Below, in pieces: positions 18,701-27,816 of a DNA stretch of 64,000 bases. The translations under genes were made by a program, and so were the position numbers. Location of the stretch: the NCBI GenBank assembly GCA_944322965.1, contig CALUQR010000008.1:4418-68417 (forward strand). The letters run 5' to 3'. A model generated the notes under the pieces. It was given only the letters and a program-made list of their open reading frames with translations, searched no databases and was not told the DNA's origin. Position 1 is the stretch's first letter; each line of letters starts with the position of its first letter. Source of the DNA: Vulcanimicrobiota bacterium. Lineage in GTDB: Bacteria; Vulcanimicrobiota; Xenobia; Xenobiales; Xenobiaceae.

Positions 18701-19562
18701 CTCCGAACGCCAAATTGAAGATACCTTAGTAGCCCTGCTCGAATGCTGGAAACTATTGGCCCGCTCCCGACACCAGACCCTGAGCGAAATGCTGGCCCAT
18801 ACCCAACTGAGCGTGCTCTTCGTCGATTACCGCTTCTTTATCGAAGACCATAGCCAAGAGATCGAACGCCGACTGGGACGGAGCCCCTACTTCGGAGGAC
18901 AGACTACGCCCCTCAAGATCTACCATTTCCGGCCCCAAGAGAAACTAGGACCCTACTGCGCCGGACCGCCCAGCCCCCTGGGACGGAGTAGACGCCAAGA
19001 ATCAGAATTCTTTAAAGACCTGCTCTTCCAATTCTTTGAATCGCCCGAAAAGGCGCCCCGCATCCTGCGACTCCACTCCGCTAGCGGTATGAAGATGGAA
19101 CAGATCGAACAGACCCTGCCCACCTTCAAAACCTCCCGCATCGTAGACGTGCGCTTCGTAGAAGCCTTCTCGCCCCAACGCGGGACCTTCGTGCCCCTGC
19201 TCAACGACGTCACCTACGTCGTCGAACGGATGGGAGGGAATAGCGAAGAACTGAACGGCATCTATAGCCTGCTGCGGATCCTGACCGGCAATAAGGGACC
19301 GAAACCCGAAGAGCCCAACCCCGCCGCCAACGCCGCCAAAAGCGCGCCCAGCCCCGAAACGGAAAGTAAACCCCCACGCTGGGAATCGAGCGAAGAGGAA
19401 GAGGCTCTGCCCGCCAGCGCCGGACCCGAAGAGGACCAATTCAACGAGCTCATGCAAATGGCCGATACCGCCCGCCAAGCGGTCGATCTGCCCAACGAAC
19501 TCCAACGCCAAGTCCTCAACATCTTCATCTCCGCTACCCGGTTTTTTAAACCTCGGAGTTAG
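15786..19562 (+). CDS. Large hypothetical protein (1258 aa), no recognisable domain
   Basis: Uninterrupted ORF starting 10 nt after the thrS stop. Looks mainly helical from the residue pattern, with an acidic C-terminal region. I found no Walker A or other catalytic motif. Confidence 0.75.
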   Translation: MAQESQNSGILGRGINFVSRLWGSGAAPSQESSPSAELAAEPSGEVVSLEGCLRIAICSPKRLEFYSTLSPTRLFTVLGSLTGPLGRFTKNIPSRGKEVTLTVPLRLPEGQESTAKVVLHASRQDPEGLKSAKLLRAGLGSQPQGGQIISVLLGRERDEFQYIFEFDKDTQIVDFEEVVDNRPVFQNVPPIAQMSTFLRAITSQRRNVQSILRGLQAVASSELAAATRQFLRLYREGLTIDESPALELKQHFIQAGKNISEQVLIAFPIFLELAAGNLDPSELSAQDTIQISPVALSIVSSHFGLPLKEEDWQKLSFSAQLNYEDLQSLLATPQYYSLPQRLRNNWDNRSPIAILEQLAVDSDSRRVTAFSQALRKIHSGHGLIINDQQMSLLALLSAVGRRYHPNTVAALCMFVDAELGVIDADSLSEADKNYCLETSAYAMLVVGGAFDVSLSSLALELGPGQRMDVVFPKLVEFTGIGLLSNFQRRDGSRTWLWIPNAQTAGKALRMPQQTFDGVVLGSLPKIEQLSEIDLADMLESGRDFIASFQSDFDKTVIWRRISSIPPEKFMINPKEGERRTSFSFIEGFCAYHFSKAVLGHTFKVHDEELIGQENVLAIFLDDRENAHYVYLPSVESVDSLQPPPNTGWTWSHQIVLDYDMQLLPQTMRELGLDYLLGRPEPTSPKYKRLNWLHDAVWNIFAQPSPHQSLSDRPDILERIYKKLWSPEGRSLISGLMDARTQEILGKVLRGSSRERLDFSPHACLLQGSGQEDQLELLALQVLLAMSRCSHIEFGSYVKMVDEVGFRNLIEDRILTLAHSEVPEKELIACQLLSSAEFATDPKGRFIAQEELRHILDHTDDQNVGVAACEGLVRLSLERKVPLPNLVRITPLQTDARQVQPTAGLNPLRQSICEWLEQLRQRNPREYLSLPIVEANGQIDAQRLQAFVEFLGAVDEACRDNYGQLPRHYLAIASERQIEDTLVALLECWKLLARSRHQTLSEMLAHTQLSVLFVDYRFFIEDHSQEIERRLGRSPYFGGQTTPLKIYHFRPQEKLGPYCAGPPSPLGRSRRQESEFFKDLLFQFFESPEKAPRILRLHSASGMKMEQIEQTLPTFKTSRIVDVRFVEAFSPQRGTFVPLLNDVTYVVERMGGNSEELNGIYSLLRILTGNKGPKPEEPNPAANAAKSAPSPETESKPPRWESSEEEEALPASAGPEEDQFNELMQMADTARQAVDLPNELQRQVLNIFISATRFFKPRS

Positions 19563-19800
19563 GCGGCTGACTTTAGGTACTGAGCGGCCGTAAGTTAGGG
19601 TACGGCTAGACCTACTATCCTTTTTTTGGGTCCTCGGACTTAGGCTACTGGCTTTAGATACTGGACGACCGTAACTTAGGTTACGACTGGACTCACTAAC
19701 CTTTTTTAAAACCTCGGACTTAGGCGAATGGCTGAGAGAAAGCGCACGGCCGTAACTTCTTCTCTTTTCTCTCTTACCTAAGCGGCGGGACTCACGATAG
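19551..19800. repeat. About 2.5 tandem copies of an ~80-bp unit (CCTCGGA(G/C)TTAGGC...GGCCGTAA...hairpin...T-run)
   Basis: Units start at 19551, 19632 and 19712. Hairpins are GCCGTA-N8-TACGGC and CGTAAC-TTAG-GTTACG. The first unit contains the stop codon of the 1258-aa ORF. Confidence 0.8.
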
Positions 19801-19829
19801 CGAAAGGCCGTAAATTGCGGGGGCGGGGC

Positions 19830-21188
19830 TTAAAAGATGAAGAGGAGGTAGAGGACGATGCCGCCGTTCCACAAGACGTGGCTAATAATGGGCGGCCAGA
19901 GGCTGCCGCTGGCGCGGCGCAGCCAACAGAAGACGCAACCTAAAGCGGTCAAGACTAAAAGGCCATGGCTGTCGCCGTGACCTAAGGCAAAGATCAGCGA
20001 ACTGACTACCGCCGCCCCAATAGGCGAAATGTGAGCCCCCAAACCCTGGAAGAGTAAGCCCCGGAAGAGGACCTCCTCATAGATGGGGCCCAATAAGACC
20101 AAAGCCACAAAGAGCGAAAACTCCCAACGGTCGCTCCCCGCCAACAGTAAGAGCAAAGGATTGGAGGAACGGACGGGCTCCCCTAAACAAGAGCTAGTAA
20201 TTAAACCCGCCCCCATAGCCGCCACTAAGGCTACCCCGTAACCGCCTAAACCCTGCCCAATGTAAGAGAGCTTAAAACCCTCCAAACCTAAGACCTGGTC
20301 GCTAGTTAACTTTCGCTCCCCCGCCGGGCTAACCAACTTAGGCAATAGCCAAGCCAAGACTAAAAGGCATAAGGCGTAAGCTAAAAACTGACTGAGGACC
20401 AAAGAGAGCGAAGCCGGAGCGCCCTTAGTACGCATCCAAGTGACGGTCACTAAGGCCACTACCATCGCTAGCCAACTTAAACCCACAAAGAGGTAAAGGC
20501 TTAAAACCGGACGCCAACGCCACGGTAAAGGCTCACCCTCCTCCCCGCTCTGTAACCTCCGCCAACAGTCGCGCCCACTGCGCCAAAGATAATAAGCGCC
20601 CAAAAGCAAAGCCCCCACTATGCCTAGAGCTGCCGCCGCTAGCCACAACTTGTCCCGCTCCCCCTCCGCTAACCAACCCTTATACTTACCCTCCCCCATA
20701 AAAGAGGCCGGATCGTCCGGGAAATCGGCTAAGAGAAGGTAACCGTAATACTGGGCGCTCAAATTGGAAAAGCTAGAGAGATAAGCTAAAGCCTTAGCCC
20801 GCTCCTGGGCCGATAAATCCTTACCCTCCGCTAAACGCTCTAAAGCCCTAGCCAAAGGGTTGCTCTGCTGGCCCTCAAACAAACTCAAAACGGACTGGGC
20901 GCCCGCCTTGTCCCCGGCGCTCAACTCTAAAATGGAAATGGCTAAAGCCGTATTGGGAGCTACCCCGCGCAGATCGGAAGCGTTCATCTGGGAGAGGTCC
21001 CGCGGCAACCGGTCTACCCCCGCTACGGTCAAGAGACGAGCGACGCGCAAGAGCGCCTCAGCCTCCAAACGGGCGTGCAAATTGTCCGCCGCCTCCGAGT
21101 CGCCCTGGGCGGGGACTAAGACGGCCAAAGCCAAAGGCAACCACAAGGCTAAGGCTATAACTACTAAAAGGACCCGCTTCCCAGACAC
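19830..21188 (-). CDS. CPBP-family intramembrane glutamic endopeptidase (CAAX protease/Abi-like) with a long N-terminal extension
   Basis: Motifs EEVLFRG, FALGH and HVLWN in the C-terminal polytopic region. Confidence 0.8.
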   Translation of the reverse strand: MSGKRVLLVVIALALWLPLALAVLVPAQGDSEAADNLHARLEAEALLRVARLLTVAGVDRLPRDLSQMNASDLRGVAPNTALAISILELSAGDKAGAQSVLSLFEGQQSNPLARALERLAEGKDLSAQERAKALAYLSSFSNLSAQYYGYLLLADFPDDPASFMGEGKYKGWLAEGERDKLWLAAAALGIVGALLLGAYYLWRSGRDCWRRLQSGEEGEPLPWRWRPVLSLYLFVGLSWLAMVVALVTVTWMRTKGAPASLSLVLSQFLAYALCLLVLAWLLPKLVSPAGERKLTSDQVLGLEGFKLSYIGQGLGGYGVALVAAMGAGLITSSCLGEPVRSSNPLLLLLAGSDRWEFSLFVALVLLGPIYEEVLFRGLLFQGLGAHISPIGAAVVSSLIFALGHGDSHGLLVLTALGCVFCWLRRASGSLWPPIISHVLWNGGIVLYLLFIF

Positions 21189-21194
21189 CGCGTT

Positions 21195-23009
21195 CTACTT
21201 GGCCACTTCATTAAAAGCTACAAAGGCGTCCAACGGATCGGCCTTGGCGTGAGACATCTCCAAAATTAAAGAGGTGCCCCGCTCCGAAGTGCACAGATAG
21301 ACGCAGTCGCACATCTCTAACATCACCGAATAACCTAACCCCAAGGAAGGGGTGGCGCCCATCGAATAGCCCGACAGTAAGACCGCCTTGGGCAAGTTGG
21401 CAAAGGCGATACCCGGACCCACGTCGTCTAAACGCACGTGGACCCCGTCGTCCTCCACCCGAATGCGCATCTGGCCCGGAGGACCGTACTTAACTACGTT
21501 AGTCGCCGCCTCGGAGACGCAAGTTACCATATCGAAGAGGCGCTCCTGGGGGAAACCGTGGGCGCTCATAATCCCCTCCGTCAGACGGCGCGACTGGGGC
21601 ACGTCGGCAAACTCCTTGAGCTCTAAAGAGGCCTCCTCCTGACCGCACTTGGCCCAGTGACTATCTAACTCGTCCCGCTCGCAGAAGACTAACTTGCCCG
21701 AAGTGAGAGCGTTGAGAGCGTCCCGATAGAAGCGGCGGCGGTTGGCCTCCTCCTCTAAACGGCGCTTGACGTTGATAGCGTTCTGTAAGGCCAAACCGGC
21801 CTGGATGCCCACCGAAATTAAGAAGGAGTTGTTCTCCCGGGAAAGGGCGCTCTCCTTATCGGCCAAAGCCCAAATGCAACCGATATGCTCCACCCCCACC
21901 GTGAGAGCCACACAGACGATACCCCGCAAACCGGCCTCTCGAATAGCCGAAGCCGCCGGATCGGGATCGTGCTCTAAATCCTTAATGACCCGGATCGCCT
22001 GCCTGCCTAAACGCGTGCAGAAGGAATCGACCGTCTCCTTGAGAGCCGGAGTAATCCTACGATCGACATCCTGATCGATGACCTCCCCAAAGCCCTGCAA
22101 CTTGATGCCGCAACAACGGTAATCGCACATACTGCGTACCGTCTCCGTAATAATATTAATAACTTTAGAGACGTCGAAGGCCCGACTGAGGCGCAAAGCT
22201 AAACTGTAGAGAGTCACCAAGTTGCGGCTGGCCACGAACTCCTCTAAGGGCATACCCTCCGCCTGGCGCACTAAGGCCACGCTGCCCGTATAGGCCCCAT
22301 CCTTATCGAAACGAGGGGTAGCGTCTATCTCCACTACCTGCCCGTCCGAACGCAGACGCACTACGTAAGGGGAGATGATCCCGTTGCGCAACTGGACCTG
22401 GACGGCGTTGAGACAAGCTATATCCCGACTATCTACTAACTCGCTAAAGTTGCGACCCTCCAAATCGCCCTGACCCACTAAACCCTTAAAGGCGTTGTTG
22501 GCCCACTGAATCTGATCTTGGGCGTCGAGATCGACTACCCCCTGGCGCACCCTATTGAGCAACTTGCGGTAACGCTCGTGGACGGGCGCCTCCTTGCCCT
22601 TAATCTCCCACCAGGCCCCGCAGGCCTGCATCAGGCGGCAAGAATACTTGTTAGATACGAAAGAAGTATAACAGAGGTAAGCGGTGCGCATCCGGGGACG
22701 CTCGCTACCCTGACGGCTCGAGCTTTGACTGGCATAACTGTCGTAGAGGAAGAAGATCTCAATATCTAAACCCGCCTTGAAGGCTAGGCTCCCCACCTCG
22801 TCTTGGTGCGGGAAATCAACGTTGACGGCCACGAATTGGACCGGGCGAGAGCGCAAGAAGAATTTCTTGAGCTCCTCTAAGTTGCCAATAACTACCACCT
22901 CGGAGCCCAGAGCGCCCAAACTAGCCGCTAAACTGGTCTGCTCCTCGTTACGCTCCCCCACTATAAGCACACAGCGCTTAGACTTAAAAGCTCGATTCGA
23001 TTTAGACAC
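21195..23009 (-). CDS. Multidomain signalling protein: degenerate receiver, PAS, GAF-like and HATPase_c (anti-sigma/SpoIIAB-like kinase) domains
   Basis: Receiver-like N-terminus with Asn at the phospho-acceptor position (VAVNVDFP). PAS-like LNRVRQGVVDLD...IQWANNAF. C-terminal N-box EAATNVVKY and G1 box DDVGPGI. Confidence 0.7.
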   Translation of the reverse strand: MSKSNRAFKSKRCVLIVGERNEEQTSLAASLGALGSEVVVIGNLEELKKFFLRSRPVQFVAVNVDFPHQDEVGSLAFKAGLDIEIFFLYDSYASQSSSRQGSERPRMRTAYLCYTSFVSNKYSCRLMQACGAWWEIKGKEAPVHERYRKLLNRVRQGVVDLDAQDQIQWANNAFKGLVGQGDLEGRNFSELVDSRDIACLNAVQVQLRNGIISPYVVRLRSDGQVVEIDATPRFDKDGAYTGSVALVRQAEGMPLEEFVASRNLVTLYSLALRLSRAFDVSKVINIITETVRSMCDYRCCGIKLQGFGEVIDQDVDRRITPALKETVDSFCTRLGRQAIRVIKDLEHDPDPAASAIREAGLRGIVCVALTVGVEHIGCIWALADKESALSRENNSFLISVGIQAGLALQNAINVKRRLEEEANRRRFYRDALNALTSGKLVFCERDELDSHWAKCGQEEASLELKEFADVPQSRRLTEGIMSAHGFPQERLFDMVTCVSEAATNVVKYGPPGQMRIRVEDDGVHVRLDDVGPGIAFANLPKAVLLSGYSMGATPSLGLGYSVMLEMCDCVYLCTSERGTSLILEMSHAKADPLDAFVAFNEVAK

Positions 23010-23128
23010 CCTGCGCTCTTCCTAATACCTCTAAACGATTCCTTCCCCCAGGGGGTAAGTTGCAGGCTCAGAGTCCTTAAAATAAAGGTAACTTTACGTG
23101 CTAGAAGAAAGCGAGTGGAAAGTTACTC

Positions 23129-25153
23129 TTGATATTTTGTGGGGCGAAGGCGAAGTCGATCATGGCCATTGAGTTCAAACCCAACCAGATGTTACAGGGA
23201 GATAGGTATAAAGTCCTAAAATGCCTGAAACAGCAGGGAGCAGAGTACGTCTATAGCGCCCGCGACAACTCCCGCGGGCGCAAAGTCCTCCTGCGCGCCT
23301 ACTGGCCTAAGCCCTCCCTCAGCGCCGGCGCCCTAGAAGATCTGACCCTCCGCTTCCAAGAGGTCATGACCCTCCTCCTCTCCCTCGATCACCCCCACCT
23401 AGTGAAATTCTACGACTATTTCACCCAGGATAGACTCCAAGTAGTAGTCATGGAGTATTTGGACGGCTTGACCTTAGAGGGACTGCAAGAGATGTCTAGC
23501 CGCCCCCTAGAGCGCGAAGAGGTCCTACCCTGGCTCCAAGCTATAAGCTCCGCCCTCCACTACCTCCAAGATAGGCCCCAACCTTACTTTTATGGACCTT
23601 TAACCCCCGAGCGCCTGTGGGTCGACCTGGAAGGGAAGATTAAACTCCACTCCTTTAAAATCGAGCCCTACTTCCAAAATGAGCGCCAACCTCCGCGCGC
23701 TATTACCCCCCTCATGGTGGCCGACGAGTACCACCAGCTGGGCGAGATCGCCTATTGGCTCTTGACCCGCAATATCGCCCCGCCCATCGGACAGATTAGC
23801 GAGGGCGGCAACGTCAACGCCCCCTTGGCGGAGGTCATCAATAAGCTCTTATCCTCTAAAGGGGCCTCTACCATCCCCTACCCCCAATTTGAAGATTTCT
23901 CTAAGGCTTTAGAGCCTATCCTCCACCCGCCCCTGCCCCAACTTATTGAGCGGGCCTCTGAGCCCAGTAAGCTCAACCCCTGGACCTGGTGGTCCCAGTT
24001 CTTAGGGGGCTGGAGCCAGGGTTCCTTAGCCTACCGCTTAGGTTGGATGGGGGCCCTCTTAGTGGTGGTGGCCGCCGGTTACTTGGTCGTGGCCTCTGAG
24101 GTCGAACCCCTCCCCTCCGCCCAGCCAGCGCCCGCCGTCCAACCCTCAGCTAGCCCCGCCCAGCCCGGTAATGGCTACCATTGCTACTTGGCCTGCGGCT
24201 CAGAATTAAAGATCTTCGCCCTGCCCAGTCTGCGCCCCACGGGTACTATCTCCCTGCCTAGCCCCATTCGCGCCCTGGCGGCCACCCAAGATGGAGAAAA
24301 ACTCTACGGCTCTAGCGCTCAAGAGGGGGTTATCTACCTCTTAAATCCCCGCTCTCAAGAGGTTATCAGTACCCTCTCCGTAGAGCCGGGCGTGAGCCAG
24401 ATGGTCCTCAATCCCCCCGAGACCTTCCTCTTCGCCCAACATGCGGCTAGCGGCTACTTGAGCGTCTTAGGCTTAAATCCCGACCCCCTGCCCGCGCAAC
24501 CCCCCGCCCAAGGTTATCAAGAGGAGGTCGTCAATCTCTACGCCCTGGGGACTAAACGCTCCGAACCGGAAGGGCCTCTTATGGCTACTTCCACTCTGGA
24601 GAATACCCAAGCGGCCGGTCAACCCTTCCCGCGTTTAGCTGCGGCTAGCCAAGGGGATAATCGGCTCATGACCTTCGTCTATGAGCATCCCCAGCCCACC
24701 CAAATTGAGGACGCTACCTCCCCTAATCCCAGCACCCTGGCTATCGATAGCCCGGGCCAGACCCTCTTTGTAGGGAGCCACAACCCCTCCCAAGTAGCCC
24801 TCTACCAACTGCCCGGCCTCAACCAGACGGCCCTCTGGCGGGAGACGGGAGGAGAGGGGGTCCAAGACTTACAACTCTCCTCTAAAGGGGATATCCTCTG
24901 GGTACTCAACGCCTCGGGAGAGTTAGGTAGTATCGAAGTAGCCTCCGGGAAGCTCCAAGAGACCGTCCCCTTAGAAGCTACCCCCATCGCCATGCGCCTC
25001 ATGCCCGATCCCGCCGGCGATCGCCTCTTAGTGGCTACCTCCCAGCCGCCCCGCCTGCTCTTAGTCGATCCCCATCTGGGCCCCATCCAGACCGTACCTT
25101 TACAATCTGCGCCCAGCGATCTCACCCTCTTGCCCCCTTGGAAGGATAAATAG
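23129..25153 (+). CDS. Ser/Thr-kinase-fold pseudokinase, one TM segment, extracytoplasmic beta-propeller-like repeats
   Basis: The kinase-like fold is recognisable (HPHLVKFYDYF, VVVMEYLDG). HRD is replaced by FYGPLTPER and DFG by HSF. TM segment LGWMGALLVVVAAGYLVVA. The start may be the ATG at 23162. Confidence 0.7.
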   Translation: MIFCGAKAKSIMAIEFKPNQMLQGDRYKVLKCLKQQGAEYVYSARDNSRGRKVLLRAYWPKPSLSAGALEDLTLRFQEVMTLLLSLDHPHLVKFYDYFTQDRLQVVVMEYLDGLTLEGLQEMSSRPLEREEVLPWLQAISSALHYLQDRPQPYFYGPLTPERLWVDLEGKIKLHSFKIEPYFQNERQPPRAITPLMVADEYHQLGEIAYWLLTRNIAPPIGQISEGGNVNAPLAEVINKLLSSKGASTIPYPQFEDFSKALEPILHPPLPQLIERASEPSKLNPWTWWSQFLGGWSQGSLAYRLGWMGALLVVVAAGYLVVASEVEPLPSAQPAPAVQPSASPAQPGNGYHCYLACGSELKIFALPSLRPTGTISLPSPIRALAATQDGEKLYGSSAQEGVIYLLNPRSQEVISTLSVEPGVSQMVLNPPETFLFAQHAASGYLSVLGLNPDPLPAQPPAQGYQEEVVNLYALGTKRSEPEGPLMATSTLENTQAAGQPFPRLAAASQGDNRLMTFVYEHPQPTQIEDATSPNPSTLAIDSPGQTLFVGSHNPSQVALYQLPGLNQTALWRETGGEGVQDLQLSSKGDILWVLNASGELGSIEVASGKLQETVPLEATPIAMRLMPDPAGDRLLVATSQPPRLLLVDPHLGPIQTVPLQSAPSDLTLLPPWKDK

Positions 25154-25282
25154 TAGAGGAAGAGGGAGCAAAAAGCTCAAAGTATCTCCTAACCTTTAGG
25201 ACTGAGAAGCACTCGGTCCCCCACCAATAGCTAGGTCCCTAGCTTGAAGATCCTAATCATAAAAATATTGGAGGAGCTATCT

Positions 25283-25564
25283 ATGTCTACCCTGCTATCC
25301 GCCGTCGTCGTCTGCTGTCTTATTATCATCACTATCCTCTGCGGCGTGGGAGTGGTCGTCATCCTCTCTCGCTTACACTCCATAGATGAAGGTATCCAGA
25401 AGACCGCGCTGCTCTTAACCGTCTTAGCCAACCTCCAGGGCGCCACCGACGGCGATATCCAGAAGGCTTTGGGCGGCGAAGGCGACGCCGAGACCGCTGA
25501 GAGCGCCGAAGATAAAGAGGCTGAAGCCACTCCCGTCACCAAGAATAGCAAAAAGAAAAAATAA
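25283..25564 (+). CDS. Small membrane protein (1 TM, acidic middle, Lys-rich tail)
   Basis: The ATG at 25283 is preceded by GGAGGAG at about 7 nt. Hydrophobic N-terminus LLSAVVVCCLIIITILCGVGVVVIL. Confidence 0.55.
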   Translation: MSTLLSAVVVCCLIIITILCGVGVVVILSRLHSIDEGIQKTALLLTVLANLQGATDGDIQKALGGEGDAETAESAEDKEAEATPVTKNSKKKK

Positions 25565-25685
25565 AAGGCTCCCTTCTCCCCCGCTAGAGGGAACTAGAGA
25601 ACGCCGTCAGCATCTCACCTTCTGAGCCTTTAGTCGCGAGATACTGACTTGGCGTCTATTTTAATTTGTCGAGGAATAGCAACTG

Positions 25686-27800
25686 ATGAACTTGCACGCT
25701 TTGCCCCGCCGAGCTTGGCTCTGGATAGGCTTAATGTGGGTCCTGGCCCTCTTCTTAGTAGGAGGCGCGCCCTTAAGCGCCGCCCCTGACTCCAGCGCGG
25801 GGAAGATAGATCCCCGCCTGCGCGATCTGCCCGGCCAGGAGGAGTACCCCCGCGCCAGCGCTCTGATCGTCATCGACGATCTCACCTATACGCTCAACCC
25901 CGACTATTCAGCGGTAGCTACCGAGCACAATGCGGTCAAGATCCTCACCGAAAATGGAGCCGAACTCTTTAGCTTAGCCCCCCGCCCCTACTGGGAGGGC
26001 AGCGAGAAGATCGAGTTCCTCTTCGCCCGCACTATTACCCCTCAAGGCCAAGTCTTAGAGGTGGACCTCGACACCCTCAAGACGATTGAGACCATCCCCA
26101 ACGTGCCCGCCTACGCTAAGTACAAGATCTTAGTGGCCCAGCTGCCCCAAGTGGAGGTAGGCTCTATCGTAGAGTACGCCATTAAGACCACCTACCAGCC
26201 CCGCCCCGATAAGGCCTGGTGGACGGTCTCCTTTATCCAAAATGACGTGCCTCTGCTCAATTCCACCTTCAAAGTGACCTTGCCCCAAGAGGTCGAGGCC
26301 CACACCTTTACTAACGTCTCCCATCTGCCTAAGCCTAAGATCGAAAAGCGCAACGGCCAAAAGAGCTATTACTGGGAGACCGACCGCCCCTACGACGTCC
26401 TCCCCGACGCCGTCAGTATGCCCTCCGATCTCAACTACTATAAGTACATCGCCGTCAGCCCCTTCGCTAACTGGGAAGAGATGGGAACCTGGGCCGCCCA
26501 AGTCTGGCGTCAGAATACGGACGACCCCCAAGGGAAGCTCAACTTGCTCAGCGCCCGCCTGACCTCCGTCAGTAAGCCTACCGCGGCTAAGATCGCCGAT
26601 ATTCTCAAGTATATGGGCCAATTCTCGGTAGTCGATAAGGGCAGCGAGTACTGGCGTCCCGCCGACTTAGTAGCCCTCACCGAAGGCAAACAGTTGACCT
26701 ATCCCGACGCCGCCTACCTCATGGGAGCGCTGCTGCGCAAGGCCGGCCTGCGCGTGGTACCTTACCTCACCACCACCGCCGACCTTCACGATCTGCGTAC
26801 CCTGCCCCCCGTGCCCAGCTACGCCAACCAGTTTATGCTCCAGGTAGTCGATCCCGACTCCCAGAGCTGGTGGATCGATCCCTCCCTGCCCGGCGGGACC
26901 TTAAAAGCGCCCGGCCTGGGTTTCCAAGGCTCGGCCCTCCTGCGCCTGCCCACCGGCATCGAAACTGAAGCCCAAATCGTAACCGGCCCCTCCTCTACCC
27001 CCCAAGAGAATGCGGCCTTCTTCCACTTAGATGGACGCCTGGAGACTACCGGCATGGGCCAACTGACCGCCGACATCACCTATAACGGCCCCCGGGCCAA
27101 TATCTTGCGCTCCGCCATGAGCCAGATGCAGACCTTAACCCCCGCCCAGCGCCAAGAGATTATCGACTGGATCTTCCTCAAGTTCAACCGCAGCTTCTGC
27201 TTCCAGACCATCCCCTACTCCCACTACTTCCCCAACCAGGTCCCGGCCGACCAGCCCCTGACCTTCAATACTTCCGTCAGCTTCTCCAATAGCGCCCGCT
27301 TCCAAGCGGCCGAAGGTTACTTCGAGACCCCCCTGCCCATTATCCAAGGTCAGTCCCTCCAAGTGGCCCTCAATACCGCCGATCGGGCCTTTCCCATCCG
27401 CTTCGACGCCCCCTTCTTAGATGAGGTCAGCTACCGACTCCACCTGCCCCCCCAGAGCCAAGTTATCGCCCAGCCTAAAGATCGCAACCTCACCAACCCC
27501 GCCGGTTCTTATCTCTGTAAGACGGTAGTTAAGGGAGACGAGGTCTGGTTCTATAGCCGCACCGAGATCAAAAAGGCCTGGTATTACCCCAACGATTTCG
27601 CCCAACTGCGCGAACTGGCCCAAGCCCAGATGGAGACCTTCAAAAGCGCCCTGCGCTACAAACTGGCCCCGGCCGCCCCGGCTAGCGACTCCCCAACCGA
27701 CGCTCCCTTAGAGCTGGAAGTTGAGACGGAGCCGGGCGTCCAATCGCCCACCGAAGGGATAATAGAGATCGAACTGGAGGCCCCCTCCTCCACTAAGTAG
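25686..27800 (+). CDS. Secreted DUF3857-type / transglutaminase-like protein
   Basis: Signal peptide. A DUF3857-like segment (VEVGSIVEYAIKTTY). A transglutaminase-core-like segment GKQLTYPDAAYLMGALLRKAGLRV. The family assignment is from memory of these families. Confidence 0.55.
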   Translation: MNLHALPRRAWLWIGLMWVLALFLVGGAPLSAAPDSSAGKIDPRLRDLPGQEEYPRASALIVIDDLTYTLNPDYSAVATEHNAVKILTENGAELFSLAPRPYWEGSEKIEFLFARTITPQGQVLEVDLDTLKTIETIPNVPAYAKYKILVAQLPQVEVGSIVEYAIKTTYQPRPDKAWWTVSFIQNDVPLLNSTFKVTLPQEVEAHTFTNVSHLPKPKIEKRNGQKSYYWETDRPYDVLPDAVSMPSDLNYYKYIAVSPFANWEEMGTWAAQVWRQNTDDPQGKLNLLSARLTSVSKPTAAKIADILKYMGQFSVVDKGSEYWRPADLVALTEGKQLTYPDAAYLMGALLRKAGLRVVPYLTTTADLHDLRTLPPVPSYANQFMLQVVDPDSQSWWIDPSLPGGTLKAPGLGFQGSALLRLPTGIETEAQIVTGPSSTPQENAAFFHLDGRLETTGMGQLTADITYNGPRANILRSAMSQMQTLTPAQRQEIIDWIFLKFNRSFCFQTIPYSHYFPNQVPADQPLTFNTSVSFSNSARFQAAEGYFETPLPIIQGQSLQVALNTADRAFPIRFDAPFLDEVSYRLHLPPQSQVIAQPKDRNLTNPAGSYLCKTVVKGDEVWFYSRTEIKKAWYYPNDFAQLRELAQAQMETFKSALRYKLAPAAPASDSPTDAPLELEVETEPGVQSPTEGIIEIELEAPSSTK

Positions 27801-27816
27801 CTCCCTATCCCCCTAA

